A stretch of DNA of 64,000 nt from the NCBI GenBank assembly GCA_046590575.1, contig JBKJUS010000214.1, positions 1,921 to 65,920 on the forward strand, read 5' to 3'. The DNA comes from Mycobacteriales bacterium. GTDB taxonomy: Bacteria > Actinomycetota > Actinomycetes > BP-191. The notes beneath the pieces were generated by a model. It was given only the letters and a program-made list of their open reading frames with translations, searched no databases and was not told the DNA's origin. Positions 31,424 through 40,950 of this stretch are shown here, one piece after another. Every line of letters begins with the position of its first letter. Within the stretch, counting starts at the first letter, position 1. The translations under genes were made by a program, and so were the position numbers.

Positions 31424-32170
31424 CTAGTGTGTCGTTGTATCGGTACCCGCGTCGTAGAGACCCGCGATCTCGGCAGCGGTCAGCCGTCTTGTCTTACCCG
31501 GCTTGAGCGCGCCAAGAGCGACCGGACCGACGTGGGTGCGCACCAGGCGGCGAACTGGATGCCCGGCAGCCTCGCAGAGGCGACGGACGATGCGATTGCG
31601 GCCTTCGTGGATCACCATCTCCAGCAGGGTCCGTCCTTCACCCGACCCGACGACCCGGACTGCGTCGACGTGGGCCGGACCGTCATCGAGCTCCACGCCG
31701 CGACGGAGCGCTCGTAGGGTGTCCTTGCCGACCGTGCCCGTGACCTCGATGAGATACGTCTTGGGTACGGCGTGCGACGGATGGGTCAACACGTTGGCGA
31801 GCTCGCCGTCGTTGGTGAGCAGGAGAAGCCCTTCGGTGTCCGCGTCAAGCCGGCCGACGTGGAAGAGACGATCAGCCCGGTTGGCGATGAGGTCGGCGAC
31901 CGTGGGCCGTCCCCGGTCGTCGTCCATGGTCGTGACGACGCCTCGCGGCTTGTTCAAGGCGAGGTAAGTCCGGTCCGGCGAGGTCACCACCCGCATTCCG
32001 TCCACGGTGACGACTGCCGAGGCGGGGTCGACCCGCATGCCCTGTACCCGCACCACGGCACCGTTGACGGCGACCCGCCCTTCCTCGATGAGTTGCTCAC
32101 AGGCCCGCCGTGAGGCGACGCCTGCCTCGGCGAGCACCTTCTGCAAACGTATGCCCTCTCGATCAGCCAT
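31424..32170 (-). CDS. pseudouridine synthase (RsuA/RluB family) with an S4 domain
   Basis: An S4 domain sits at the N-terminus, followed by HVGRLDADTEGLLLLTNDG, the catalytic Asp motif. Confidence 0.85.
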   Translation of the reverse strand: MADREGIRLQKVLAEAGVASRRACEQLIEEGRVAVNGAVVRVQGMRVDPASAVVTVDGMRVVTSPDRTYLALNKPRGVVTTMDDDRGRPTVADLIANRADRLFHVGRLDADTEGLLLLTNDGELANVLTHPSHAVPKTYLIEVTGTVGKDTLRALRRGVELDDGPAHVDAVRVVGSGEGRTLLEMVIHEGRNRIVRRLCEAAGHPVRRLVRTHVGPVALGALKPGKTRRLTAAEIAGLYDAGTDTTTH

Positions 32171-32243
32171 AACTCCACCAAAGCGTGAGACGAATACGAC
32201 TCATATGGCTAACGTTGACAACGAGGATTTGCCCGGCCGACAT

Positions 32244-32879
32244 CTAGAGGTCCGCGTCGAACTCGTCGAGGTCGACCGGGAGCAGCGGCGCGAGCGAAGG
32301 CAGCTGGTCCACCGAAGACAGACCGAGACGCTCGAGGAAGTAGGTGGTGGTGCCGTAGAGATGGGCACCGCTGGACTCGTCCTGGCGGACTTCGCAGATC
32401 AGCCCGCGGCTGAGCAGGGTACGCACCACCCCGTCGACACCCACTCCGCGGATCGCCGCTATCGACTGCCGGCTCACCGGCTGGCGATACGCCACTACGG
32501 CCAAGGTTTCCAGCGCCGCCTGGGTCAACCGCGCACTCTGACCGTCGAGCACGAAGCGTTCGACGTAAGGAGCGCAGTCCTCCGCAGTGAACAGCCGCCA
32601 ACCCTCCCCTACCTGCCTGAGGTCGAAGCCCCTCCCCTCCTCCCGGAACGATGAGCTCATCCGGTGAAGCTCTGCGGCGATGTCGACACGCGACTGCTCC
32701 GTCACCTGGGCAAGCAAACCCTCCGCAACAGGCTCATCGACGACCAGCAGGATGGCCTCCAAGATCCTGCTCAACGGCGGCCCGGACGTTATGTCAAGCA
32801 CTGACGATGTGTCTGAGGGTCTAGACCACGCCTCGTCTCGGCTCATTTCCACCGGCGAGGGCGCCGGGTCCTCGGTCAT
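32244..32879 (-). CDS. scpB: SMC-Scp complex subunit ScpB
   Basis: It has tandem winged-helix domains. It sits in the scpA-scpB operon. Confidence 0.85.
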   Translation of the reverse strand: MTEDPAPSPVEMSRDEAWSRPSDTSSVLDITSGPPLSRILEAILLVVDEPVAEGLLAQVTEQSRVDIAAELHRMSSSFREEGRGFDLRQVGEGWRLFTAEDCAPYVERFVLDGQSARLTQAALETLAVVAYRQPVSRQSIAAIRGVGVDGVVRTLLSRGLICEVRQDESSGAHLYGTTTYFLERLGLSSVDQLPSLAPLLPVDLDEFDADL

Positions 32880-33808
32880 GGGGCCTCCCTCTCGGGACCG
32901 TCTGAAGTCGTTGGAATGCGGCTGTGTGGGGAATCTGAGGGTCCGGTGTCCGCCTCACCCGACGCTGCGCTGCCGTCGCTCGGACCAGGTTCGTCGTACT
33001 CCTCGACAGATAGATAAGTCGATAGACCCGCATGGGCCAGCGCACCCGTCCAGCGCACTTGAAGGTCGCCGAGAGGAGTGACCTGCTCGAAGGTGACATG
33101 GCCCTCCCGGTAGAGCTCGAGGAGGGCGAGAAAGGAGGCGACCACCTCCACCGTCTCCGTGCAGTCGGAGACGAGGGTCCGGAAGGAGGCCGCCCCCAGC
33201 CCCGCCAGCCGACCAGCCAGGAGAATGGCCCGCTCCCGGACCGAGACCTTGGTGACGTGCACGTGGTCGGTGGAGACACCAGGTGGCGGTGGAGTGGGCG
33301 CCAGGGCGCGTGCCGCGAGGGCGGCGAACTGCTCGACACCGAGGCCGAGCAGCACCTCCGGCACCGCCGCGGCGAAGCGCGGCTCGAGCGTCACCTCGCG
33401 TGCGTGCCGGCGGTCTTCGCGGAGCATCAGGCCAGCGATGATGCTGCACGCCTCCTTGTACGCCCGATACTGCAGCAGCCGGGCGAAGAGCAGATCGCGC
33501 GCCTCCAGGAGGGCGACGTCGTCCTCGTCGTCGACCTCGCCGGCCGGCAGCAGGCGGGCAGCCTTCAGGTCGAGCAGCGTGGCGGCGACGACGAGGAAGT
33601 CAGTCGCCTGCCCCAGATCCCACATGTCGCCAGCGCGGCGGATATACGCGATGAACTCGTCAGTGACCTGAGACAGCGCGACCTCGGTGACATCGAGCTG
33701 GTGCTTGGCAATGAGGCTGAGCAGGAGGTCGAACGGGCCCTCGAAGTTGCCCAGGTGGACTTCGAACGGCGCTCGGCCGGCCACCGCGGGGCCGCTGCCC
33801 GACGTCAT
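32876..33808 (-). CDS. scpA: segregation and condensation protein A
   Basis: The N-terminus FEGPFDLLLSLI is characteristic of ScpA. It has a 4-nt overlap with scpB. Confidence 0.85.
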   Translation of the reverse strand: MTSGSGPAVAGRAPFEVHLGNFEGPFDLLLSLIAKHQLDVTEVALSQVTDEFIAYIRRAGDMWDLGQATDFLVVAATLLDLKAARLLPAGEVDDEDDVALLEARDLLFARLLQYRAYKEACSIIAGLMLREDRRHAREVTLEPRFAAAVPEVLLGLGVEQFAALAARALAPTPPPPGVSTDHVHVTKVSVRERAILLAGRLAGLGAASFRTLVSDCTETVEVVASFLALLELYREGHVTFEQVTPLGDLQVRWTGALAHAGLSTYLSVEEYDEPGPSDGSAASGEADTGPSDSPHSRIPTTSDGPEREAP

Positions 33809-33901
33809 GGCGCGACGGTAGCAGGTGGCGCAGTGTGCACCGGCAGCGGAACGATGACGGCTCGCCGAAATTCCTGATAAATCAATTTATGGATGTAGCG
33901 C

Positions 33902-34573
33902 TTAGATGCCGACGAGGGAGAACAGCAGGTCGACGAGCGGGGCGGACACCGCATATACGAGCCGCATGAGCAGGCCTACCCCACTGAAGATCGGCAACAG
34001 GAGCACGATCAGAGCCGCCTGGCCATAGTTCTGCTCCTCCGAGTAGTACCGAGCGCGTTGCCAACCAGGGGTTGGCGGAGCCAGGGACCAGAGGAGCCGG
34101 TTGCCCTCGAGTGGCGGAAGCGGGGTCAGCGCGAGCACCGCGCTCCCGGCGTTGACGAGAGCGAAGAAGAGGAACAACTCGACGACCAGCGGGCGGGTGC
34201 CGGCCTCGTCGCCCGTCACCAACGCGATCCCTCCACAAGCGGCCAAGGCGAGAAGCACCTGGCTCAGCGGCCCGACTGCAAGCAGGAGCAGATACCGACC
34301 GCGCCCTAGCCGTCGCTCGTCGAACGGCACCGGCTTTCCCCACCCGACCCCGGCGATGAGCACGGCGACGACCCCGAAGGCGTCGAGATGGCGCCGCGGG
34401 TCGAGCGACACGCGGCCGGCTACCCGCGCCTGCCGGTCGCCGAACCGGTCCGCCAGCAGCGCCTGGCTGAGCGAGTGGATCGTCACCCCGACGACGAATC
34501 CAAGGAGGATTCCGAGCAGCGGACCGGCCCGGTCGAGAAAGAACAGCGCACCCTGAAGCAGCCGAACAAGCAC
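33902..34573 (-). CDS. site-2 protease (M50B) family membrane protein with a degenerate HExxH
   Basis: The protein has polytopic M50B topology. The zinc motif reads HSLSQ rather than HExxH. The LDP..HLD segment resembles the LDG motif. Confidence 0.65.
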   Translation of the reverse strand: MLVRLLQGALFFLDRAGPLLGILLGFVVGVTIHSLSQALLADRFGDRQARVAGRVSLDPRRHLDAFGVVAVLIAGVGWGKPVPFDERRLGRGRYLLLLAVGPLSQVLLALAACGGIALVTGDEAGTRPLVVELFLFFALVNAGSAVLALTPLPPLEGNRLLWSLAPPTPGWQRARYYSEEQNYGQAALIVLLLPIFSGVGLLMRLVYAVSAPLVDLLFSLVGI

Positions 34574-34575
34574 GG

Positions 34576-35022
34576 TCAGCGACCTCGGAGGCGGCGCACC
34601 AAGTAGCTCTGGTCGCCTTTGCCTTCGAGGTCAGCGAGCACCATCGACAACGCCTCACGCACGATCCGGCCTCGGTCGACCGCAAGACCATGATCACCGC
34701 GCAGGGTCAGTCGGGCCCGCTCGAGGTCGATGAGCTCCTCAGCAGAGACATAGACCGTGATCTTCTCGTCGTGTCTCTCCCGCCCGGTCGGTCGTCGCTC
34801 ACCGGAACGGGGTCGACGCCGGACCACGACCGACGCATCCCGCTCTTCGCCGGCGCTCTCCCCGTCGAGAAGGTCGGCGAGTTGTGGGCGGCTCACGACA
34901 GGTGAAGGTGTCGGACTCAGCGTGGTGACGTTGTCAGGTTCCAGGTCGGCCGGTGCGTCGGCCGAGCCGGTCGAGCGGAAGAGCTCATTAGCGCCGGGCA
35001 GCGCGATTCGTCGGCCGCTCAT
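34576..35022 (-). CDS. hypothetical protein with a C-terminal ribbon-helix-helix-like DNA-binding fold and a disordered acidic/Pro-rich N-terminus
   Basis: KITVYVSAEELIDLERARLTLR ... DRGRIVREALSMVLADL fits the beta-alpha-alpha RHH pattern. It has an ATGA overlap with the upstream parA-like gene. Confidence 0.5.
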   Translation of the reverse strand: MSGRRIALPGANELFRSTGSADAPADLEPDNVTTLSPTPSPVVSRPQLADLLDGESAGEERDASVVVRRRPRSGERRPTGRERHDEKITVYVSAEELIDLERARLTLRGDHGLAVDRGRIVREALSMVLADLEGKGDQSYLVRRLRGR

Positions 35023-36113
35023 GAGGCGAGCACCTCCTTGGCGAGGTCCCGGTACGCCTTGGCACCGGCGGAATGAGAGGCATACGTGGTGATCGGCTCG
35101 CCGGCGACGGTGGTCTCCGGGAACTTCACGGTGCGAGCAATCACGGTGTGGAACACCTTTTCCCCAAAGGCCTCCACGACCCGGGCAAGAACTTCTCGTC
35201 CATGCAGTGTTCTCCCGTCGAACATCGTGGCCAGAATTCCCTCAAGTTCGAGTTGAGGGTTAAGCCTCTCTCGCACCTTGTCTATCGTTTCGATCAAGAG
35301 TGCGACGCCACGTAGGGCAAAGAACTCGCATTCCAGCGGGATGATCACTCCGTGCGATGCCGTCAGCGCATTGACGGTCAGCAGGCCAAGGCTGGGCTGG
35401 CAGTCGATGAGGACGACGTCGTAGTCGTCCAACACGGGCTGAAGGACCCGAAGGAGCACCTGCTCACGGGCGACCTCCCCGACGAGTTGGACTTCGGCAG
35501 CTGAGAGGTCAATGTTGCTGGGCAGCAGGTCCAACCCCGGGATATGGGTCTTCAACATCACGTCATCGATGGTGACGGTGCGATCCATCAGGAGGTTGTA
35601 GAGCGTACGGTCGAGCTGAAGCGGGTTCACCCCGAGCCCGACACTGAGCGCCCCTTGCGGATCACAGTCCACGAGCAGCACCCGCCGGCCGTACTCCGCG
35701 AGGGCCGCGCCAAGGTTGATGGTGCTCGTGGTTTTGCCGACCCCGCCCTTCTGGTTGCACATCGACAAGATGCGAGCCGGACCGTGCCGCTCCAGCAGCG
35801 GCGGCTCGGGCAGGAACTTGATCGGCCGCAGGGTGGGACCTAACTGCTCCGCCGGGGGGTCGGCCGGGGGCTCGATCGGCGGCTCGGCGGTCGGCGGCTC
35901 CTCGGTGGGCGTGGTGACCGGCATCTCCGCTCGAAGGTCTGCGCCGAAGTGGGGCGCTTCCAGTGCGAGCAGTGCGTTGGCAGCGCCGGGCCACGAATCC
36001 GCCGGAGGAGCCACCCCCGGTGCTACCGGGCTGTCGGCGGGTTGCCCGTCGACAGGCGGTCTGTCGTCGGGCAGGTCGCTGCCGAGAGGACCACCGGGCC
36101 CGTAAATCGACAT
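35019..36113 (-). CDS. ParA/MinD-family ATPase (orphan ParA, PldP/Rv1708-like) with a Pro-rich N-terminal extension
   Basis: The deviant Walker A KGGVGKTT is present. Its position next to xerD and scpAB matches Rv1708. Confidence 0.85.
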   Translation of the reverse strand: MSIYGPGGPLGSDLPDDRPPVDGQPADSPVAPGVAPPADSWPGAANALLALEAPHFGADLRAEMPVTTPTEEPPTAEPPIEPPADPPAEQLGPTLRPIKFLPEPPLLERHGPARILSMCNQKGGVGKTTSTINLGAALAEYGRRVLLVDCDPQGALSVGLGVNPLQLDRTLYNLLMDRTVTIDDVMLKTHIPGLDLLPSNIDLSAAEVQLVGEVAREQVLLRVLQPVLDDYDVVLIDCQPSLGLLTVNALTASHGVIIPLECEFFALRGVALLIETIDKVRERLNPQLELEGILATMFDGRTLHGREVLARVVEAFGEKVFHTVIARTVKFPETTVAGEPITTYASHSAGAKAYRDLAKEVLAS

Positions 36114-36187
36114 ATCTGTTTGGCTCCCTGTCGTCGTACCTCTGTCGCGATACGGCGAGAAGGCGCCTTGACGACAGGCGGCGAATG

Positions 36188-37171
36188 CTAGGTCCCGGAC
36201 ACCCAGTCTGGCAAGGCCGGCGGCCGAGCCGGTCCTCGGCTGGCCCGAGCGCGCGGGTGTGCGGCGGCGTAGACCTCGCGTAGCCGGTCGACCGTGACCA
36301 GGGTGTAGATCTGCGTCGTCGTCACCGAAGCATGCCCGAGCAGCTCCTGCACGACCCGGACGTCGGCTCCCCCATCCAGCAGATGGGTGGCGAACGAGTG
36401 GCGCAAGGTGTGGGGCGACACCTCTCCGGTCACACCTGCCTTCTCAGCCGCTGCTCGCAACACGGCCCAGGCCGACTGCCGGGACAGGCGTCCTCCGCGG
36501 GAGTTGAGGAAGACCGCCGATCCGCCGCCGGTGCTGCCGCTGGCCAGCGTCGGCCGAGCCCGGACGAGATAAGCCTCGACCGCGCTACGCGCCATCCGCC
36601 CGATTGGGACGACACGCTCCTTGGTGCCTTTGCCGAGCAGCCGGACCACGCCGCTGTCCAGGTCCAGTGCGTCCAGGTCGAGACCCACCGCTTCGGAGAT
36701 CCTCGCGCCAGAGCCGTAGAGCACCTCGAGCAAGGCTCGGTCGCGCAGAGCGAGGGCGGTCTGGTCGAATCCAGCCGCATCAATCAGCGCGGCCACCGAT
36801 TCGACCGAGATGGCCTTCGGCAACGAGCGCGGAAGGACGGGCGGGCGGACCTCTCGTGCGACATCGAGGCCCACGAGACCCTCGCGTACGGCGAACCGGT
36901 GCAGCCCCCGCACCGCCACGAGTGCGCGCGCGGCGGAGGAGGCTTTCGCCGGAGGATGGTCAGGCGAGCCTTCGCGCAGCGTCGCGACGAACTCGGCGAC
37001 CGACGACTCCGTGACCTCGGAAAGAGACAGAACGCCGGTGGCAGCCAGGACGGCGGCGTAGCGGCGGAGGTCGCGGCGGTAGGACTCCAAGGTGTTCTGA
37101 GCGAGACCCCGTTCCACTGCGAGGTGGTCGAGGTAGCGGGATGCCGCGGACTCCACCGTCAGGGTGGTCAT
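36188..37171 (-). CDS. xerD: site-specific tyrosine recombinase XerD
   Basis: The protein ends in [39 protein letters not shown] with the catalytic Tyr. I set the start at [15 protein letters not shown]. Confidence 0.85.
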   Translation of the reverse strand: MTTLTVESAASRYLDHLAVERGLAQNTLESYRRDLRRYAAVLAATGVLSLSEVTESSVAEFVATLREGSPDHPPAKASSAARALVAVRGLHRFAVREGLVGLDVAREVRPPVLPRSLPKAISVESVAALIDAAGFDQTALALRDRALLEVLYGSGARISEAVGLDLDALDLDSGVVRLLGKGTKERVVPIGRMARSAVEAYLVRARPTLASGSTGGGSAVFLNSRGGRLSRQSAWAVLRAAAEKAGVTGEVSPHTLRHSFATHLLDGGADVRVVQELLGHASVTTTQIYTLVTVDRLREVYAAAHPRARASRGPARPPALPDWVSGT

Positions 37172-37193
37172 CCGGTGGCGGGTTGGGTCCGGC

Positions 37194-38315
37194 TCACGCC
37201 GCGCCGAGCGCCTCGGCGACCGGAACGGACGCGAGGCCATGCGCCTCGGCGACCGGTGGATACGTGATCTGCCCACCGACGACGTTGACCCCGAGCGCGA
37301 GCGCTTGGTCAACGGCGCAGGCCGCGCGGATGCCGCGGTTGGCGATCTCCACCGCGTAGGGCAGCGTCACGTTGGTCAGCGCATAGGTCGAGGTGTGCGG
37401 GACGGCTCCCGGCATGTTGGCCACGCAGTAGAAGATCGAGTTGTGTACTTGGTAGGTCGGCTTGGAGTGCGTCGTCGGGCGAGTCGACTCGAAACATCCA
37501 CCCTGGTCGACCGAGATGTCGACGAGCACCGAGCCGGGCTTCATCGCGGCCACCATCTCGTCGGTGACCAGGGTTGGCGCCTTGGCTCCCGGCACCAGCA
37601 CCGCGCCGATGACCAGGTCTGCCTCGACGACCGCCTTCTCGATCTCAAAGGTGTTCGACGCGATCGTCTGAATTCGTCCCTTGTGAATGCGGTCGACCTC
37701 GCGGAGTTTGGCGATGTTGCGATCGAGGAGGAGGACCTCCGCCTCCATCCCTTGGGCGATCCACGCGGCGTTGGATCCGGAGATGCCGCCACCGAGCACG
37801 ACCACGCGAGCCGGGTAGACCCCCGGCGCACCACCCATCAGCACGCCACGGCCGCCCTGCGCGCGCTCGAGGAAGTGAGCTCCCGCCTGCGGCGCCATTC
37901 GTCCCGCCACCTCGCTCATCGGCGCAAGCAGCGGCAGCGACCGGTCCGGCAGCTCGACCGTTTCGTACGCCACGGCCGTGATGCCGGAGTCGACGAGCGC
38001 CTGGGTGCACTCGAGCGAGGCGGCAAGATGCAGGTAGGTGAAGAGCACCTGGTCCCGCCGCATCCGGTGGTACTCCTCAGCGATGGGCTCCTTGACCTTC
38101 AGGACCAGGTCCGCAGTGCCCCATACGTCGTCCGCGCTCGGCAGGATGCGGGCACCCGCCGCTCTGAACTCGTCGTCGGTGATCGAGGAACCAACGCCCG
38201 CATCGTGCTCAACGAGGACCTCGTGGCCAGCCGCGGAAAGCTCACGCACGCCCGCCGGCGTGATCGCGACCCGGTACTCGTTGTCCTTGAGCTCGCTCGG
38301 GATGCCGACCTTCAC
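37194..38315 (-). CDS. ald: alanine dehydrogenase
   Basis: The N-terminus [23 protein letters not shown] and the NAD-binding motif [13 protein letters not shown] are characteristic. Confidence 0.9.
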   Translation of the reverse strand: MKVGIPSELKDNEYRVAITPAGVRELSAAGHEVLVEHDAGVGSSITDDEFRAAGARILPSADDVWGTADLVLKVKEPIAEEYHRMRRDQVLFTYLHLAASLECTQALVDSGITAVAYETVELPDRSLPLLAPMSEVAGRMAPQAGAHFLERAQGGRGVLMGGAPGVYPARVVVLGGGISGSNAAWIAQGMEAEVLLLDRNIAKLREVDRIHKGRIQTIASNTFEIEKAVVEADLVIGAVLVPGAKAPTLVTDEMVAAMKPGSVLVDISVDQGGCFESTRPTTHSKPTYQVHNSIFYCVANMPGAVPHTSTYALTNVTLPYAVEIANRGIRAACAVDQALALGVNVVGGQITYPPVAEAHGLASVPVAEALGAA

Positions 38316-38401
38316 CGTGGAGACCTCGCGCCTAGGCTCGCGCCGGCGCGCAGTTGCACCGGACCGGCGGTGAGTCTAGTGCGGACGCGCGCTCGACCGG
38401 A

Positions 38402-40276
38402 TCAGCCGCCCACGGTACGACGCCGACGGTGTAGCACGGCAGCGAGACCTACCAGGGCGGGGCCAGCCAGCCAGGTCGCTACGCCACCGCCAGTGGCGGG
38501 CAGTGGAGCAGGCCGGGACCCGGCGGCCGGTGCCGCCGCGACGGGCGGCGCAGGCACCGGCCGGGGCGCGGGACGAGTCGCCGCCTGGCCGAGCTGGTCA
38601 CCGCCGAAGCTGGTGGGCACAATGAGCCGCGACGTACCGTCCAGCGAGAGCTCGTTGGTGGCCTGGGTCGTGTCTCCGTAGAGCGCCTCATTGGTGTTCA
38701 TCGACATCACGGCGAGGCCGAGCTTGTGGCCCTCGTCGAGCACCCAGTCGACCGGCTGGAACTCCACCCGCGCACGCCAGGTGGATCCCGGAGCGAGGGG
38801 TGCCGACTCCCGCAGAGAGTCGCGGTTGCGAGAGTTCAGGAGCCCTCGGGTGATTCGCACCCGACCGCCGTCCGGAGCCTCATCGAAGAGGATCGGGGTG
38901 AGGTGGGTGGACTCGGCACTCGTCGTGACCATCGCGTCGAGAACGGGTACGCCGGAGATGCGCACACGCTTCGCCACCTCAGGGCTGACGAAGAGCAGCG
39001 CCGACCCGTCAGCGTCGCCGCCGAGCACATCGCCCTCCCCGAGCTGCGGATTGTCGTCGGTCCACTCGGCGATCTCAAGGTCGGCGAGGCCAATCGCACC
39101 TTTCTCGGCAGTGCCAAGGGCGAGGTTCAGCGGGATGTCCTGCGTCGAGGGCGGCGGCCAGGACGCGTCCTGGAACCGCTCACGGTCGTTGACCTCACTG
39201 TCGCTCTGCGGCAGGGACATGATCCCGGTCTCAATGCCCATCAGCCACTTGTCGAACCACGCGTGGTAGAGGTCCTTGGTGTCCTCGACCTGCGTGCCAC
39301 TGTGGCCGGCCTGGCCCATGATCAGCTTCTTCGGAAGGGCCGCCGGTAGTGCTCGCCACATCTCGTAGCTGTTGATCGGGTGGACGTTGTAGTCCTGCCA
39401 GCTGCCCACCAGCAGAACGCTCGCCTTGACCTTGGCGATTTGCTGCAGGTAGTCGCGCTCATCCCAGAACTCGTCGTACACCGGGTCGGGCAGGAAGGCG
39501 CGGTCGTTGTGCTCTATCCGCTCGCAGGGGTTGGCGTGGTCGGCCACGGCTTGCGCCCAGTCAACGCCACCCTGCACATTCGTCGGAGGAGCGAAGCCGA
39601 ACCCGAAGTCGAAGAGCACCGGAGTGCCGCTGCCAGATGCGAAGCGCACGCCCTGTCCATAGGCGTAGTCGTACCAACGGCCGATGGCGACCTGGGGCAC
39701 GATCGTGGTCAGGTGGGGTGGCGTCTTGATCGCGGCGGCCCACTGCGTGGTGCCGTCGTACGAACCACCGATCATGCCGATCTTGCCGCTGCTCCACTCC
39801 TGTGCAGCGAGGAACTCCACGACGTCGTAGCCAGTCTCCTGCTCGCGGATGCCGCCGTGGTCGTAGCAGCCGGCCGACTCGCGGGTACCGACGAGGTCGA
39901 ACTCGGCCCGGGCGTAGCCGCGCGGGATGAAGAAGTCGCCGGTGCCATCAGCCGTCGCCTCAACCTGTGGAGCGGTCCCGATCGGTCGACGGAGCACGTT
40001 GTACGGCGAGTAGGTGAGGATGACCGGCACCTTCACGCCCTCAGGCACAACCGGTCGCTCCACCACGCCGTAGATGGTGCCGTGCTTGGTCGGGACTCGA
40101 TACTCCTCGAGCACCGACTCGGTGTAGATCGGCTCGGTCTTACCTGTGGTGGTCTTGTATTCACCGTCCTCACCCTCAGCCACCGCGGTCAGCGCGGGCA
40201 GAGCAGCGGCAGAAGCAAGCAACGACGCAACAGCGAGCAGGCGGATCGAGCGGCGCACTGGGAGGCTCCTAGGCAT
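38402..40276 (-). CDS. secreted Xaa-Pro dipeptidyl-peptidase / CocE-NonD family S15 hydrolase with a C-terminal LPATG sortase anchor
   Basis: The protein has a signal peptide and a GGSYDG nucleophile elbow. The C-terminus is LPATGGG, then a TM helix, then RRRR. Confidence 0.85.
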   Translation of the reverse strand: MPRSLPVRRSIRLLAVASLLASAAALPALTAVAEGEDGEYKTTTGKTEPIYTESVLEEYRVPTKHGTIYGVVERPVVPEGVKVPVILTYSPYNVLRRPIGTAPQVEATADGTGDFFIPRGYARAEFDLVGTRESAGCYDHGGIREQETGYDVVEFLAAQEWSSGKIGMIGGSYDGTTQWAAAIKTPPHLTTIVPQVAIGRWYDYAYGQGVRFASGSGTPVLFDFGFGFAPPTNVQGGVDWAQAVADHANPCERIEHNDRAFLPDPVYDEFWDERDYLQQIAKVKASVLLVGSWQDYNVHPINSYEMWRALPAALPKKLIMGQAGHSGTQVEDTKDLYHAWFDKWLMGIETGIMSLPQSDSEVNDRERFQDASWPPPSTQDIPLNLALGTAEKGAIGLADLEIAEWTDDNPQLGEGDVLGGDADGSALLFVSPEVAKRVRISGVPVLDAMVTTSAESTHLTPILFDEAPDGGRVRITRGLLNSRNRDSLRESAPLAPGSTWRARVEFQPVDWVLDEGHKLGLAVMSMNTNEALYGDTTQATNELSLDGTSRLIVPTSFGGDQLGQAATRPAPRPVPAPPVAAAPAAGSRPAPLPATGGGVATWLAGPALVGLAAVLHRRRRTVGG

Positions 40277-40365
40277 GGCGGTGGACCTGTCCGATTCTTA
40301 CCCATTCGCTACCTGGCGACCGACTCCTTGTGCCCGCGCGGGACAGGTTCGCGCCGTCAGCCAGG

Positions 40366-40950
40366 TCAGGAGCTGAGGAGGCGGGCGTACGACGTACGAC
40401 GGGCCTCAGCTGCCGCCAGGACCCCGATGACGCACATCGCATTGCGGATCTCACCGAGGAAGACCATCGCCACCGCCTCGTCGAGGTCGACCCACGTCGG
40501 GTCGAGGTCGAGCTCCTCGTCGTGCAGCGCCGGGCGCTCATCGGCCGGAATCGACACCGGCTCGCGGGCGAGGAAGACGCGGTAGGCCTCGTCACTCATG
40601 CCCGGCGAGCTCAGCACGTCGCAGAGCACGTGCCACCTGCCGGCCCGCAGGCCGGCTTCCTCGACCAGCTCCCGGGCTGCGGTCTCGACGAGCGGCTCAC
40701 CGGCGATGTCGCGGATGCCGGCCGGGATCTCCCACAAGACTTCGGCGACGCTGTGCCGGTACTGCCGGATCAACAGCACCCGGTCGTCCGCGTCGAGCAC
40801 GACGACGCCGACCGCGCCGGGGTGCTCGACGATGTCGCGTCGCGCCACCGTGCCGCCCGGCATCGAGACCTGGTCCACCCGCACCGCGATGACACGACCC
40901 GAGAAGAGCCGTTCTGAGGAGAGGACGTCGTACGCATGCCGATCCGTCAT
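40366..40950 (-). CDS. NUDIX hydrolase (ADP-ribose pyrophosphatase-like, Rv1700-like)
   Basis: The Nudix box GEPLVETAARELVEEAG is present. The ATG at 40950 overlaps the upstream stop (ATGA); the long ORF to 41331 is an artifact. Confidence 0.8.
   Translation of the reverse strand: MTDRHAYDVLSSERLFSGRVIAVRVDQVSMPGGTVARRDIVEHPGAVGVVVLDADDRVLLIRQYRHSVAEVLWEIPAGIRDIAGEPLVETAARELVEEAGLRAGRWHVLCDVLSSPGMSDEAYRVFLAREPVSIPADERPALHDEELDLDPTWVDLDEAVAMVFLGEIRNAMCVIGVLAAAEARRTSYARLLSS

Noticed and set aside
36188-37312. xerD as evidence of an integrated mobile element
   Set aside because: It is the conserved chromosomal dif recombinase in its usual pyrG/nudix/parA/scpAB context. No flanking repeats, phage or IS genes are present.
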